From NCBI GenBank assembly GCA_002633005.1, contig NMRA01000070.1, positions 876,369 through 940,368 on the forward strand: DNA of 64,000 bases, written 5' to 3'. The position numbers and the translations under genes were made by a program. Origin of the DNA: Phoronis australis (Eukaryota; Animalia; Phoronida). Shown here piece by piece: positions 25,019 through 35,850 of this stretch. A model generated the notes under the pieces. The model saw only the letters and a program-made list of their open reading frames with translations, did not search any database and had not been told where the DNA came from. Position 1 is the first letter of the stretch; the number at the start of each line of letters is the position of its first letter.

Positions 25019-27582
25019 AAAAGCCGATTTCAAAATCGGTTAAAGCACAATCAAATGAGATCCACATTCGGTTGCCACGTTTGGTAAAAAGTGATGTCAT
25101 ATAACTATAAAGGGTGGGTTATTTTGAAGTACCATCATTCTAGGTTTCTAAAAAATTTTTGCGCAAGAACCACAGATTTCCGTACGTTCAAAACAACTAA
25201 CCAGCCCAAAAACACGAAACCTGACCTCAGGAACTCCGGTGATTGAACAGCAAACCATGTCTGAAACATTTTGTTCAATTTTTCTGATACCGCTTTCAGT
25301 AGCTTCAAATTTTGAGGTAAAGCATCTTCAAGTACTTTCCAGTTGTTTTCTGCATTTGAGTGTTAAAATTGTCAATAATTTAACGTAACTTATACTATAT
25401 TGAATTTGTTATTTGCCTTTTTATCGGTGAAACTCATACAACTAATCTGTCAGCCAATATTAACATAATCTATATTTAGCTGTTTTTCAGATTATTCAGT
25501 AGTTTCTCCAAAATATTTCCAAAACTGAAATAACACAAAAATATTATTTTGAATTTCGAGTGCTATCGTTTATTAATTTCTTGTGACATGTTCGCAACCT
25601 CGTGAAAGAAGAACATTTGCTTGAAGAATTGAGGAAAGAGAAACTGGCCAGTAGGTGACGCAATATTTCATGGCAAAAGATCACACAACAACTTGAGCAG
25701 CAGAACAACGTAGAACGCCAATCCGTCATAAGTTTTCTAAAATTCTCATATAATAAAACAACATATCACAGCAACTAAATAAAGAAGGAGGATTATTTTT
25801 TCATCAAACGAAGCCTCACAGAAAGTGTGGAGTAGTGCTTCAGTCACCGCCAGGTGTCCTGTCCGACCCCGGGTTTCCTGTTTCAAAGGTCAGGGTTTGA
25901 GTTTTTCGGGCTGGTTAGCTGTTTTGACGGTGCGGGAGTAAACTTCGGAATATCTGTTTTACACCGGGGTTCCTGTTTCCATGGATGGAATAGTGGACTT
26001 GCACATTATATGTGGCTACCGGAGGCAGCGTGTGAAATTGGAATACTACATTGTACATGTATATTCATCGTGGGTTGTCAAGTTTCGCGTTCCAGCGATC
26101 TCAAGATTAGCTAACAGTGTTGGTGGGAATTGTTAATACAGAAATCCTTCATGTATATCGCCAGGTTAGCGACAGATTCCCTCTGTTTTTTGACATGTTT
26201 TACTTATCGTTGCATTCACCGTGTTTAGCTCACTAAAACGACAACTGAGTTACAGGGTAAGCCTTGTACTCTCATATAACCAGTCTCGTATTACCCCTTA
26301 CCGTAACAAGATTCTATTACCGTTACATCCGTACACGAGTTCTCTGAAATGTACAAACTCAAACTTTTGAGAGATATTTCTAATGAAATTATAGGAGGAT
26401 GTGATAGACACGTAAACGTTATGTGAACAACCACAAAACCTCAAATTTTGATGGGACTCTCCTGAACAGTACAACTTATTACAAAGTAGCATTTGCACGG
26501 GAAATCTGTTGCCAAGCAAGCATGTACATGAATTATTTTATGTGTGCTGTTTTACTGTAATGATATAAACTTGTGGACGGATGTTTTAAATCAGTAAGAG
26601 CCAGGCACATATTGGTTTCCGTCGAGCGTTCGAAGGAGCGAACTCCCTTGATATTCAGTGATTGCATTGTGATAGGGGTATAATATTGGATCAGTCAGCA
26701 TTCACATTGAGAAGACTTTGTCTGAGGTTACCATTGGCGAGGAAATGACCGCGTCCAGGTTTGCATTGCATAGTTCCATCTCATTCTCGAGGGCAATGTA
26801 ATTTTTTTCTAAGTAGTTGAGCTGCATTGGGTTAAGAAAATATGCTTCCGAGGCATGGAGTAAATGGGGTGGTTGTAAAAATAAACCTTCTAAATGTCTT
26901 TCTAAACGACTACGGAATAACACAGAAATCGGTGATATCAAGACGGGACGACCCCCTTTCGCAGCTGACATTTCCCTCAGTAGTGCTGAGTTTTCCTGCT
27001 GGGTGGCGTGGAAATTAATGTATTTTTTTCAGGAACCATTCTCATCTATTCGTGGAATTGAGCTCCATAATTTATCCACGAGATGAAATCTCAAAAATAC
27101 GTTTACAGTTTACTAAATTATAGTTCCGTTATCAGTTAATGCAACGTTTGAGTGCTTTCATAAAATCATAAACACTTTAAGTTTGATGGACTGTGAATAT
27201 AGATCATGTAGAGACATTGTTAACAATGCTAAGTAATTTGAAAGAAATTATATCTATGTAAAGAATTTACTGTGCAGAAGGTTTTGGGACAGCTTTAAAA
27301 AATCTTAGCACTATTGGATTCCACGTAAGCTCATGTTATGAGTTCGGGGTCTTTATATTGGAGTTTGTCAACATGTTGAAGATAACCGGTAATAGAAAAC
27401 TGTTGTGTAACATCAAAATATCCAAAGTATGGACGTAAACAGGATATAAATGTGGCCCCCCAAATATGTAGAATTCGAGCGGTAAGGAACAGTAGATTTT
27501 TTACTTTTTGTACTTGAGTGGCGTTGTTCATTCAATCCGCCAAAAGAACGTTCGTGACGATGTTTGGTGCCATTGATAGAAG

Positions 27583-28027
27583 TGTTGTGAAGCGTGACTT
27601 CCGGTTGCGACGACGCGTGCAGTCAGATAAAGCCTCTCTAAGCCGCTTGGCAAGTGCCAATAGCCTCTAGGTCGAATGGTTTAGATGCTTGACCGTTGCT
27701 CGTGCAACCTGGGTTCAAGTCCCGCAGAGACACGGAAATTTTCTACTAAGGAAACTCCATGATTAACCTTGAGATGTAAACCTGGGGATGGAGAGAGGCG
27801 ACCTGGTAGTGGTGGATTCAGAACACAAAAGAGAGCGTTGCAGAGGTCGAATACAAGGACGTTAGGGTGTTGCTGAGATCCAAAAGCCAGGGAGCACGCC
27901 TGTTGTGAAGCATGACTTCCGGTTGTGACAACACGTACAGTCAGATAAAGCCTCTCTATTAAGCCGCTTCCCAAATGGCAATTGCAACCTGGGTTCAAGT
28001 CCCGCCGGAGACACGGAAGTTTTCTAC
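27583..28027 (+). repeat. Duplicated tRNA-derived (SINE-head-like) repeat, two copies (27583-27746 and 27901-28027)
   Basis: Both copies share tgttgtgaagc.tgacttccggttg...cagtcagataaagcctctcta and gcaacctgggttcaagtcccgc...gagacacggaa.ttttctac. Copy 1 has an A-box-like segment and a B-box GGTTCAAGTCC in a degenerate cloverleaf (27663-27732); copy 2 has lost the D/anticodon part. Confidence 0.6.
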
Positions 28028-28684
28028 AGAAATATCCCGTAGGAGTCAGATGGCTGGATTATTTAGCCTTTGGAACGAACTGACACTTTAATGTCAGGTC
28101 CTATCCAACCACTGTCTAGATTATTTACCGAGGAAAAGAATATCGTGAGCTTGATATCATACTTATGATATTTCGTGATATCTTTAGTTACAGTTTTCTA
28201 AAAGAACCAATGGAATCGTCTATCTTACTTTAATGGGTTATATGTTACAACTGGCCTGCAATCAAGACTGTCTGGTACAGCCTGGTCAGCTCGACGATTC
28301 TCATTATTCAAGGAGCAAACTGGAGAAGGGTCACATTGTCACTATTCAAGCTTACTCCAAAAACACAATACCTTCATTTAAACAAGCAGAATAGTCCAAA
28401 CATTTCTATTCTCGACCAAAACATAAAATGAACGACGTCGGCGATGTGTCAAATTTTACTTCCCAACTGCACAAACCTACATGTATCACGAAAATAGATT
28501 CTAAACCATTTTAGCTAAAAGGCATCAGGATTCCCTACTTCTAAGACCAAACAAAAATACTAATGGGAATGTTGGTCAACTTTCCTTTTCGTTTTTATTT
28601 TGCTAATTAAGTGTACATGTTGTCTGATCTGCATCTCGGTCTACTGGTACCCTTGCACGATCCTAGCGTTTTAAAACTGTCGCA

Positions 28685-29083
28685 CTATGTGCCTGCTTTT
28701 GGTTTAGACAACGACCCACTCTTTGTTTCAGTTGAACCTTTTTCTAAAGAAACGGAACCTTTTCCAGCATAACGTTTGGTCAGTTGCGAGCTCAGTCTCG
28801 GCCCACTCGTTCTATGCTTTATGTAAGGATCAGGGTGCTGATTCGGGTACTTCTTGGAAAACGTGAACCCCAAGTTGGCGGCATTACTCTTCAGGTCATT
28901 CGAAAAGCAGCCAGAGGTTGAGGCTTTTTCTGATGATCTATTACTGGAATCCTTGCGCGTGTTGTCTTTTGAAAGCTCCTTAGAATCTCTAGTCTTCTTG
29001 TCGCTGGAGGCTTTCCGTTTTGCAAAGGATTTGTTTGCCGAAACTTTCTCCATTGCATTTTCGTTTTTGTCAGTTTTCCTCAT
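28685..29083 (-). CDS. Intronless 132-aa Lys/Ser-rich protein; member 2 of the LG[FL]xxSxxYP family
   Basis: ORF contains FSNDLKSNAANLGFTFSKKYP...RLSSQLTK; minus-strand AATAAA at 28594-28599; CRE palindrome upstream at 29231-29240. Confidence 0.72.
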   Translation of the reverse strand: MRKTDKNENAMEKVSANKSFAKRKASSDKKTRDSKELSKDNTRKDSSNRSSEKASTSGCFSNDLKSNAANLGFTFSKKYPNQHPDPYIKHRTSGPRLSSQLTKRYAGKGSVSLEKGSTETKSGSLSKPKAGT

Positions 29084-29230
29084 AAAATGTTGAAGTTAGC
29101 AACGTGCGCCAGTTAACTACCTTCGTTCTTACAAATACATTATTTTTGTGGCGTTGTTTCGTTTTTCAAAGTTTATTAAGTTATTGTTCAGTAAATATGA
29201 CAGGGATATGTTTTTGTGGCACAACAGTAG

Positions 29231-29240
29231 ATGACGTCAT
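29231..29240. promoter_or_regulatory. CRE/ATF palindrome ATGACGTCAT upstream of the 132-aa gene
   Basis: Perfect TGACGTCA core about 150 bp 5' of the ATG at 29083. Confidence 0.4.
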
Positions 29241-31505
29241 GTGACCTCAAACTGTCCTAACTCACACGACAATTCTTCTGAAATTCAGCGACGGCTTACT
29301 GCAGTGCATTCCACTTGTCCAATCCCAACTAGTTTACACGTACCAAACTTAACTGTTCCTCGTCCCACATTTCAATAAAATGCTTCACACTGATTTAATC
29401 GAATAATATTTTCCCCGCATTACTACATTTGTGTATTTCTCGGTTGGTAGATTTTGTTGGTTTGGCTAAATCTGTCCAATGACTTATCTTAAAACGTAGA
29501 CCGAAACTTTAGGTTAGTTTTCTTGAAAGAGCATTCAAGACCCTAAAGTCAGTGAATGTGTGACTTCACCGGTGGCCGATCCATTAATACGACGTGTACA
29601 ATATCTGCGATGCACGTGTTTGTTACGTATTTACATGTACATGTATGTAACCACGTTGATGAGGATTCTAGCTATCAAACAGCAAGGTCAGTTTCATAAA
29701 AGATAAAACACGGGTTCTTTCAAAAGAGCGATTACTTGTTCAAATTTAAAGTTGACCACAAACACTAACACTGTGGAAAAATAGATGATCTGCATCAGAG
29801 TTGTGTCCGCTCAGTTATTGATTAGTTAAACAATATATTCCGGCCAACAACATTCTGGTGTTGGCGTTAGACCCGGTCGGTCAAAATTAGGCTACACGGT
29901 TATTTTATTGCAAGATTTGCCCAATATCTGAAATGGACGATATCGCACGTTTGGCGTGCGACTAGTGAGGCAATACCTATGAGAGAGCAGTGACCGAAAG
30001 TGCTACAGACCATATTGATGACGACCAAATGTGTTACATTACGCTACCCTACGAGTCCTGAGTAAAAGTCGTAGGCCTACTAGACCTCCTTTCATCCTTT
30101 ACTGGACCTTGATGGCGACCAAGGCTCTCCCGTTGTCTGGTTCAAGAAAAGTGATTTAGAAGTCAAGTCGGAAATTTGATCTTAAGCTCTACACAGCTTT
30201 TTCAGAAAATAATTAAACATCACATGAGGAAAACATGAAGTATCTGATAATATACACTGTACATGTATACAACAGCTAGTTACTGAGATAACTCCTTAAA
30301 CCCTACTTAGAGTGCGATACGTTCGTGATTTTTTGGCTAAACATTTTTCACCCGCAGATATAAGACCAAAGTCTGTCTTAAGTTTTAGGGCCTGGCGTTA
30401 AACGAAGCAATTCTCTGCAACCCTCGTCAACCCAAGCATGAACCCTCTGACAAAGTTTGCTAAATCTGTGAACGTGGCTAACTCGTGTGAAAATGATATT
30501 GACCGCTGCAAGAAAAGAATGTTTCCTACGAGGCAAAGGATGCAACTCGTAGTGCGGCGAGGGAATGATTTAGGTTCACGTAAATTATGTGATTACCACT
30601 CATACATAAAGTAGGAAAGAGAATGTCAGTTGTCGAGGAAAACATTGAAACAGGCGTCTCAAATAGTGCAGTACGCTTTCTACGCTGACAAAGTGCTAAA
30701 ACAGGAGGGTTATGACAAGTGTCAAAGCCAGCCGGTTACCAAAAAAATGATAATTTTGAAGCACCAGATAAGAAGCCCGGCCCTGCGGAAGAAAGCAAAG
30801 AATCAACAGGTACATGTAACTTGAGTAGACGGGAAAAAATACACCACAACTGAAAGCCTTTGGAGTGTTTTATGTCCACCGTGACGTCAAGTTGAAAACC
30901 GGCAAAGAAAGGCAGACAACTGGAAATAGAACACAAATTGATTGCCGGAATCGAAACGTATGAGAGGTAAGGCACTCAGAAAGCACCACGTCAACAGCAA
31001 GTCCGCAAACCAAAACTAATGTTTTTTTTTATTTTTTAGCCAAAGCGGTTAGGACTTAAAAACATAACACATCCATCATGTCTTGAAGACGACGGGTTTG
31101 AAAACTTCAAAAACACAATGAGCAATTTTAAGCAGTAATCGCCTGTGAACTGAGCGACTTGTTGCACGTTCTGTTTACACATCATTTTAAAAAATTTCAG
31201 TCGCATATTAGTCGTTAATTCATCGTATTTTTAGCATGAACGAGACGTAATGTTTGTGTCTCTACTGGAATCCCATTAACAGCTAGTAGTTGCCGGTCTA
31301 TCAGTTTCAAGCCGACAGTCAAATAGATGAACATGTCTAACATCCATAGAAAAATATGTTTTAATAAATATAATATTAATACATCAGATTATCCCTTCTC
31401 CCCGTACCTGTTACAGAGGTACATGCCTGCAGTACGCCACAAAGAAGTCACTTTATTTGCACGATCTTTACGCTCGTATTTTCACTGCAGCCTTGTTTGA
31501 GGTAC

Positions 31506-31949
31506 TTATTTTTCTTCGGTTAAATTTTTTGAGCCATTCTGACTTATCGTATGTTCTTTCGTCGATTGCGACCTGAGACTTATTTTTGGCGGGTGTTGGG
31601 CACTATATATAGTGAAGGAATCCTGACGTTCGGGGTACGTCTGGGACGGTGTTAATCCCAGTGCCTTGGCATCGTCGTCAGGGCTACCCGAGAAACCGCC
31701 GCAGCCTGCATCCGAATGCCGTTCACGCTTGACCTCCGTCACGCCTAAAGACATTCGTTTCCCGTAATCCGTGCTCTTGGCTGGCCCACGCATAGTCCCG
31801 AAATCCGCTGATGTAGACACTGTTGATTGCAGCTTATTAACTTTTCCGCGTTTGCCGGTGCCACTATCCTCATCAATAATTTGTGGTTGAGTTAAAGTAA
31901 TGTTTGGCTTTTGACGTGAGCTCGAGGACTCTTTGACCTTTCTCTCCAT
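31506..31949 (-). CDS. Intronless 147-aa basic protein; member 3 of the LG[FL]xxSxxYP family
   Basis: ORF contains FSGSPDDDAKALGLTPSQTYP...SLRSQSTK; minus-strand AATAAA at 31452-31457; CRE palindrome upstream at 32021-32032. Confidence 0.72.
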   Translation of the reverse strand: MERKVKESSSSRQKPNITLTQPQIIDEDSGTGKRGKVNKLQSTVSTSADFGTMRGPAKSTDYGKRMSLGVTEVKRERHSDAGCGGFSGSPDDDAKALGLTPSQTYPERQDSFTIYSAQHPPKISLRSQSTKEHTISQNGSKNLTEEK

Positions 31950-32010
31950 CGCATTTTCACCAAAAGAACGCTTTCATAGTGAATTTACTCGACATTATTT
32001 ACTAGGAATT

Positions 32011-32032
32011 GTCACAAAAGCATGACGTCATG
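32011..32032. promoter_or_regulatory. CRE/ATF palindrome CATGACGTCATG with adjacent GTCACAA upstream of the 147-aa gene
   Basis: Perfect 12-bp palindrome about 70 bp 5' of the ATG at 31949. Confidence 0.4.
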
Positions 32033-32882
32033 CAATGACAGTAAGATTGTTTTTCATATGTCATATCGTACTTGATTTTATTTTTCATTTTATTTTTTCT
32101 GCAGAGAAAGGATGTGATTATATCCGAAAACTACAGTTGATCCATTATCAGATTGAAACAAGGTAGAGTCTAAAAGAAAGGATGATTAATGAAGCATTGT
32201 TTGAAAGCAGTTGTTTTGTTTTTCCATGTCAATGATACACCTGCATTGTACTCGGTGATTGTGTAGTAGTTCTGAGATAACTTTCCACGAGTACTTTTGA
32301 ACTTCGCAGCCTAATTCGCACAATGTGTGAACGTTTCCAATGTAAAACGTTTCCGTGTTTAAAGATGAAGTATTCCAGTGAACTTCTTAATAAGAAATAC
32401 GTCTGTACATGTTTTTTAAAGAATTGGTTTTGCAAAAAGTTTTAGTAGCTCGCTTTTGAACATTATCATATAAATGACACAGTGTCAATTCGGTTAACTT
32501 AATTGGTTGTCAGTTTAGTGTTCCACTCGTATATGTATATGTGAGAACAGGCATTGCAATAAAATTCTTACTAAAAGAGTTCCAACACTGCTAATAGAGG
32601 GAGACCTACATCCTGTTCCATGAGATCTCTCTCTCAAGTCTGACCGAAAGTGGGCTAACTTAAGGCTAAATGTCCCCTTTCATGAATTTTCTTAAAAATC
32701 CAAAATTAAGACAGATATCTTACATGTAACATACACGTACACCCCTAGGACTGGAATGTCAAATCCTGAGCGTGACGCGAGTAATCATTATAGTGTTTAT
32801 TTCAAGCGTGCAAGGGCCTTGGTCCAAAGTACAATTACAGCAACTACAGTACAGCCACTGAATTTTTAGACTTCGTCCGGGC

Positions 32883-33072
32883 TACCTCACGCCTGGCCAG
32901 ACTGGAGCGCAACCGGAACACAGGCGTGACAGAAATCAGTCGGGGTCGCCTCAAGCCTACTCTCCGGGTAGTCCTCACGCTTACCTCCGGTTTAGTTAAC
33001 GCCTTCCTCACGCCTCGTTCACGCTTTCTTCGCGCCTAAGTCAAGCTTACCTCACGCTTTCTTCACGCCTTC
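32883..33072. repeat. Degenerate 11-bp minisatellite (cctcacgc core)
   Basis: Repeated ...ctcacgc/ttcacgc/gtcaagc... units at 11-bp spacing; the same unit recurs at 34102-34164, running into the gap. Confidence 0.65.
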
Positions 33073-34164
33073 GGTAGCTCTAGTAACCATGGTAGGGCAC
33101 CGGGCTAATTAGTAAAAATACATGTCAAGTCTTGATTGCCTGTCGTTTCGGTCAAGTTGCAAAGCTTTATAGTATATTATAGAGTAGCTTTGCAAGAAGT
33201 CATCTATCACACTTGGGTTCCGACTAACTCTGTAATTCCTCGTGTTATTCATACAAACGTCTTCCTTCAGCTCGTCTTGTGTTACACTTACAGTACATGT
33301 ACATTTTCAATTTACGTCTTAAGAGCCAGTCCCAGCATCAACGACAAACATGTACAGTAACCACGGTTAGTAAATACGAATAAAAGCGACCCTCTGCCCA
33401 GAGTCTTCTTTACATGGCTGTGGACTCCTTGAAACTTGCCACAGATGGATATAGTTAATTCGCCCTAAAAATAGCCTACGCATCTTGTGAAGTATTGTGT
33501 CACTCCGTAAATTTTTGCACCGCACTGGCGTACAGAAAATTTCAATAGGCCGCCCATCTGACATACCCATCCCTTACTGCAAGCAAATGTTTTGACTTAA
33601 AAGTCCTGAATCCGTAGTGCAGTTCAAGTATTTGTAGCCCACTCCCCGCAGTACATGCGTTTCGACTGAGTACACAGTATCCCCGGGGTACTTCTAAACT
33701 AAAACAATAATAGCGGTCATCTGTTTGACTCGTCAAATGCATGGGCGTGATCAGTTTTCTCCGCATGATGCCGGAACTTGGGATCAATGTGCTCAGAATT
33801 GACATGCTATGCTCCTTCATATCGTGAAGGCAATTGAATAATTCCGCCGTGTACACGCGTGTTAAGATTCTTTATTAGTTTATATAAAAACAAATAATTA
33901 TATATAAGTGAAAAGCAAAGTCCACAGGTCTGTTTTCTGAAGTGACTTAAGATTTGAGACGGAAATTTTGGTATTTTACTGCACGTGACGATTTCAAAAA
34001 AATTAAACGTCACATGAGCAAAAGTCTATGAGAATACACACATCACTGCTAGTTACTGATGTAATTTTAATAAATTACTTTATCATCTGCGATGCAGGTA
34101 AACTCACGCCTAACTCACGGTAAGCTCCGGGTACAGTCACGCTTAGGCTCACGCCAGCTGTCAC

Positions 34165-34336
34165 NNNNNNNNNNNNNNNNNNNNNNNNNNNNNNNNNNNN
34201 NNNNNNNNNNNNNNNNNNNNNNNNNNNNNNNNNNNNNNNNNNNNNNNNNNNNNNNNNNNNNNNNNNNNNNNNNNNNNNNNNNNNNNNNNNNNNNNNNNNN
34301 NNNNNNNNNNNNNNNNNNNNNNNNNNNNNNNNNNNN
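34165..34336. other. Assembly gap (N run)
   Basis: Run of N characters. Confidence 1.
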
Positions 34337-34459
34337 CATCACAACATTCATATGACGAACTTAGATGTCATAAATCAATAAGAAATAGGCTACAGTCTAG
34401 TTCAATAGAAGATAAACCAACATCAATGCAGCAAGAGCGCTCAACAAAGGAACAGCGTC

Positions 34460-35325
34460 ATCAGAAAATCTCAAATAACTCGAAAAGTAGACGTCCTAGC
34501 GAAAAATGGAAACCATCTTCTGAAAGCCCGTTCAAAATTCTATCTAAACTGATGGTATCGCCTAATTCCGTAACTTTTTCGAAAAAAATGAAATTTTGCG
34601 TTTTTTTTAAGAAATTCAAAGTCAAATAACTCGAAAACGGTAAGTCTGAGAAAAAAATTGTTATAGGCCCTTTAAAAGAATACACTTCAAAGAATCCACA
34701 TGCAAAAAATTCACGTCTTTTTCTCTTCCCGTTTAAAATCGCACTCCAGCACGACTGAAAATGGGTCAACATGCACCAGATCCGCCATCTTGAAAGCAAC
34801 TTCCGGTCTTTGGCTTTGTATAATAGCATGTCATAAAAAACTAATATCTGTAAAAATTCGAAGGAGTTGGTCTTATAATGCGCCCACTACAGGAGAAAAC
34901 GTATTTAGGCCAAAATCGAGGTGCGCATGCGATCACCGATATTTCCACCATCTTTAACCGGAAGTAAACAATTTCCGGTACACTTATAGCAAACTTTCGT
35001 TTCATTTACTGTGCCGATTCTTAGCCCTTTACGTAAAAATTGTAGCCTCCTGAAGCATTTGAACCTTTAAATGAAAACAAAATGGCCGCCACAGCCGCCA
35101 TCTTGGATCTGATTTTGACGAAAAACAACAGGCTTTCAGTACTTCCGGAACTACGTGTTTTTTTAAAATTTCGTGATGATCGGACGAAATTTGCGACCTG
35201 TATCGTGCGAACAAACAAAAAAAACAAACTTAGTGGAAGAGCAACATACTTGGCGAAATTTATTTCGCCAAGTAACAAACTTAGCGGAAGAGCAACATAC
35301 TTGGCGAAATTTATTTCGCCAAGTA
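34460..35325 (+). mobile_element. 3' part of a second HINE/Helentron-like non-autonomous element with a duplicated terminal hairpin
   Basis: Internal aataactcgaaaa and gccgccatcttg motifs, an (AAAC)-rich tract, then a 51-bp unit twice (35223-35325), each containing the perfect hairpin TACTTGGCGAAAT-TT-ATTTCGCCAAGTA. Confidence 0.6.
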
Positions 35326-35850
35326 ATAACACTAATGAAACAATAATAGTAATATAAATGAAACGAAACAGAGATGTTATATTAATGACGAGTTAAGACA
35401 TTAGGGACATGATTTCAATGATTCAAAATATTTCTACCTCGTGAAGACAAAGGTTTTAGAATATGGATCCCTCACACTAGCTGCAGATAATTTAGTCAGG
35501 CATACATCCAGAATTATGCATCTTCATATATTATAACTAATTAGACTTTGGTGCCGTTTTATACTGCTAATTCTGCAGTAAGATTTCATAACGCAGTGAC
35601 ATTTACTAAAAATGCGATAAACTACTCCAATACGAAATTTTCAGATAAAGATTTTCTGATGGATAAAACATGGACAAACATCTGTCAGGTAGCTTTCAAC
35701 TGCACTGTGGACAGCTCCTCATATCGCTTGCATTGTGGGACTCTTCATCAATGCTTAAAAATAGCTTCTTTTCTTCAGAGAGTAAAAATTAGTTATAACC
35801 TAATACATATAGTGTATGTTACCGTAAACACAAGAAGACTTTTATGTTAC

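Noticed and set aside
27663-27732. Functional tRNA gene
   Set aside because: Acceptor and anticodon stems pair poorly and the segment sits in a duplicated repeat; treated as a tRNA-derived repeat.
35223-35325. CRISPR-like or Rho-independent terminator structure
   Set aside because: Eukaryotic context, only two units and near-identical spacers.
35021-35357. ORFs with duplicated peptides (LLLGEINFAKYVALPLS x2)
   Set aside because: They are translations of the 51-bp hairpin duplication, not genes.
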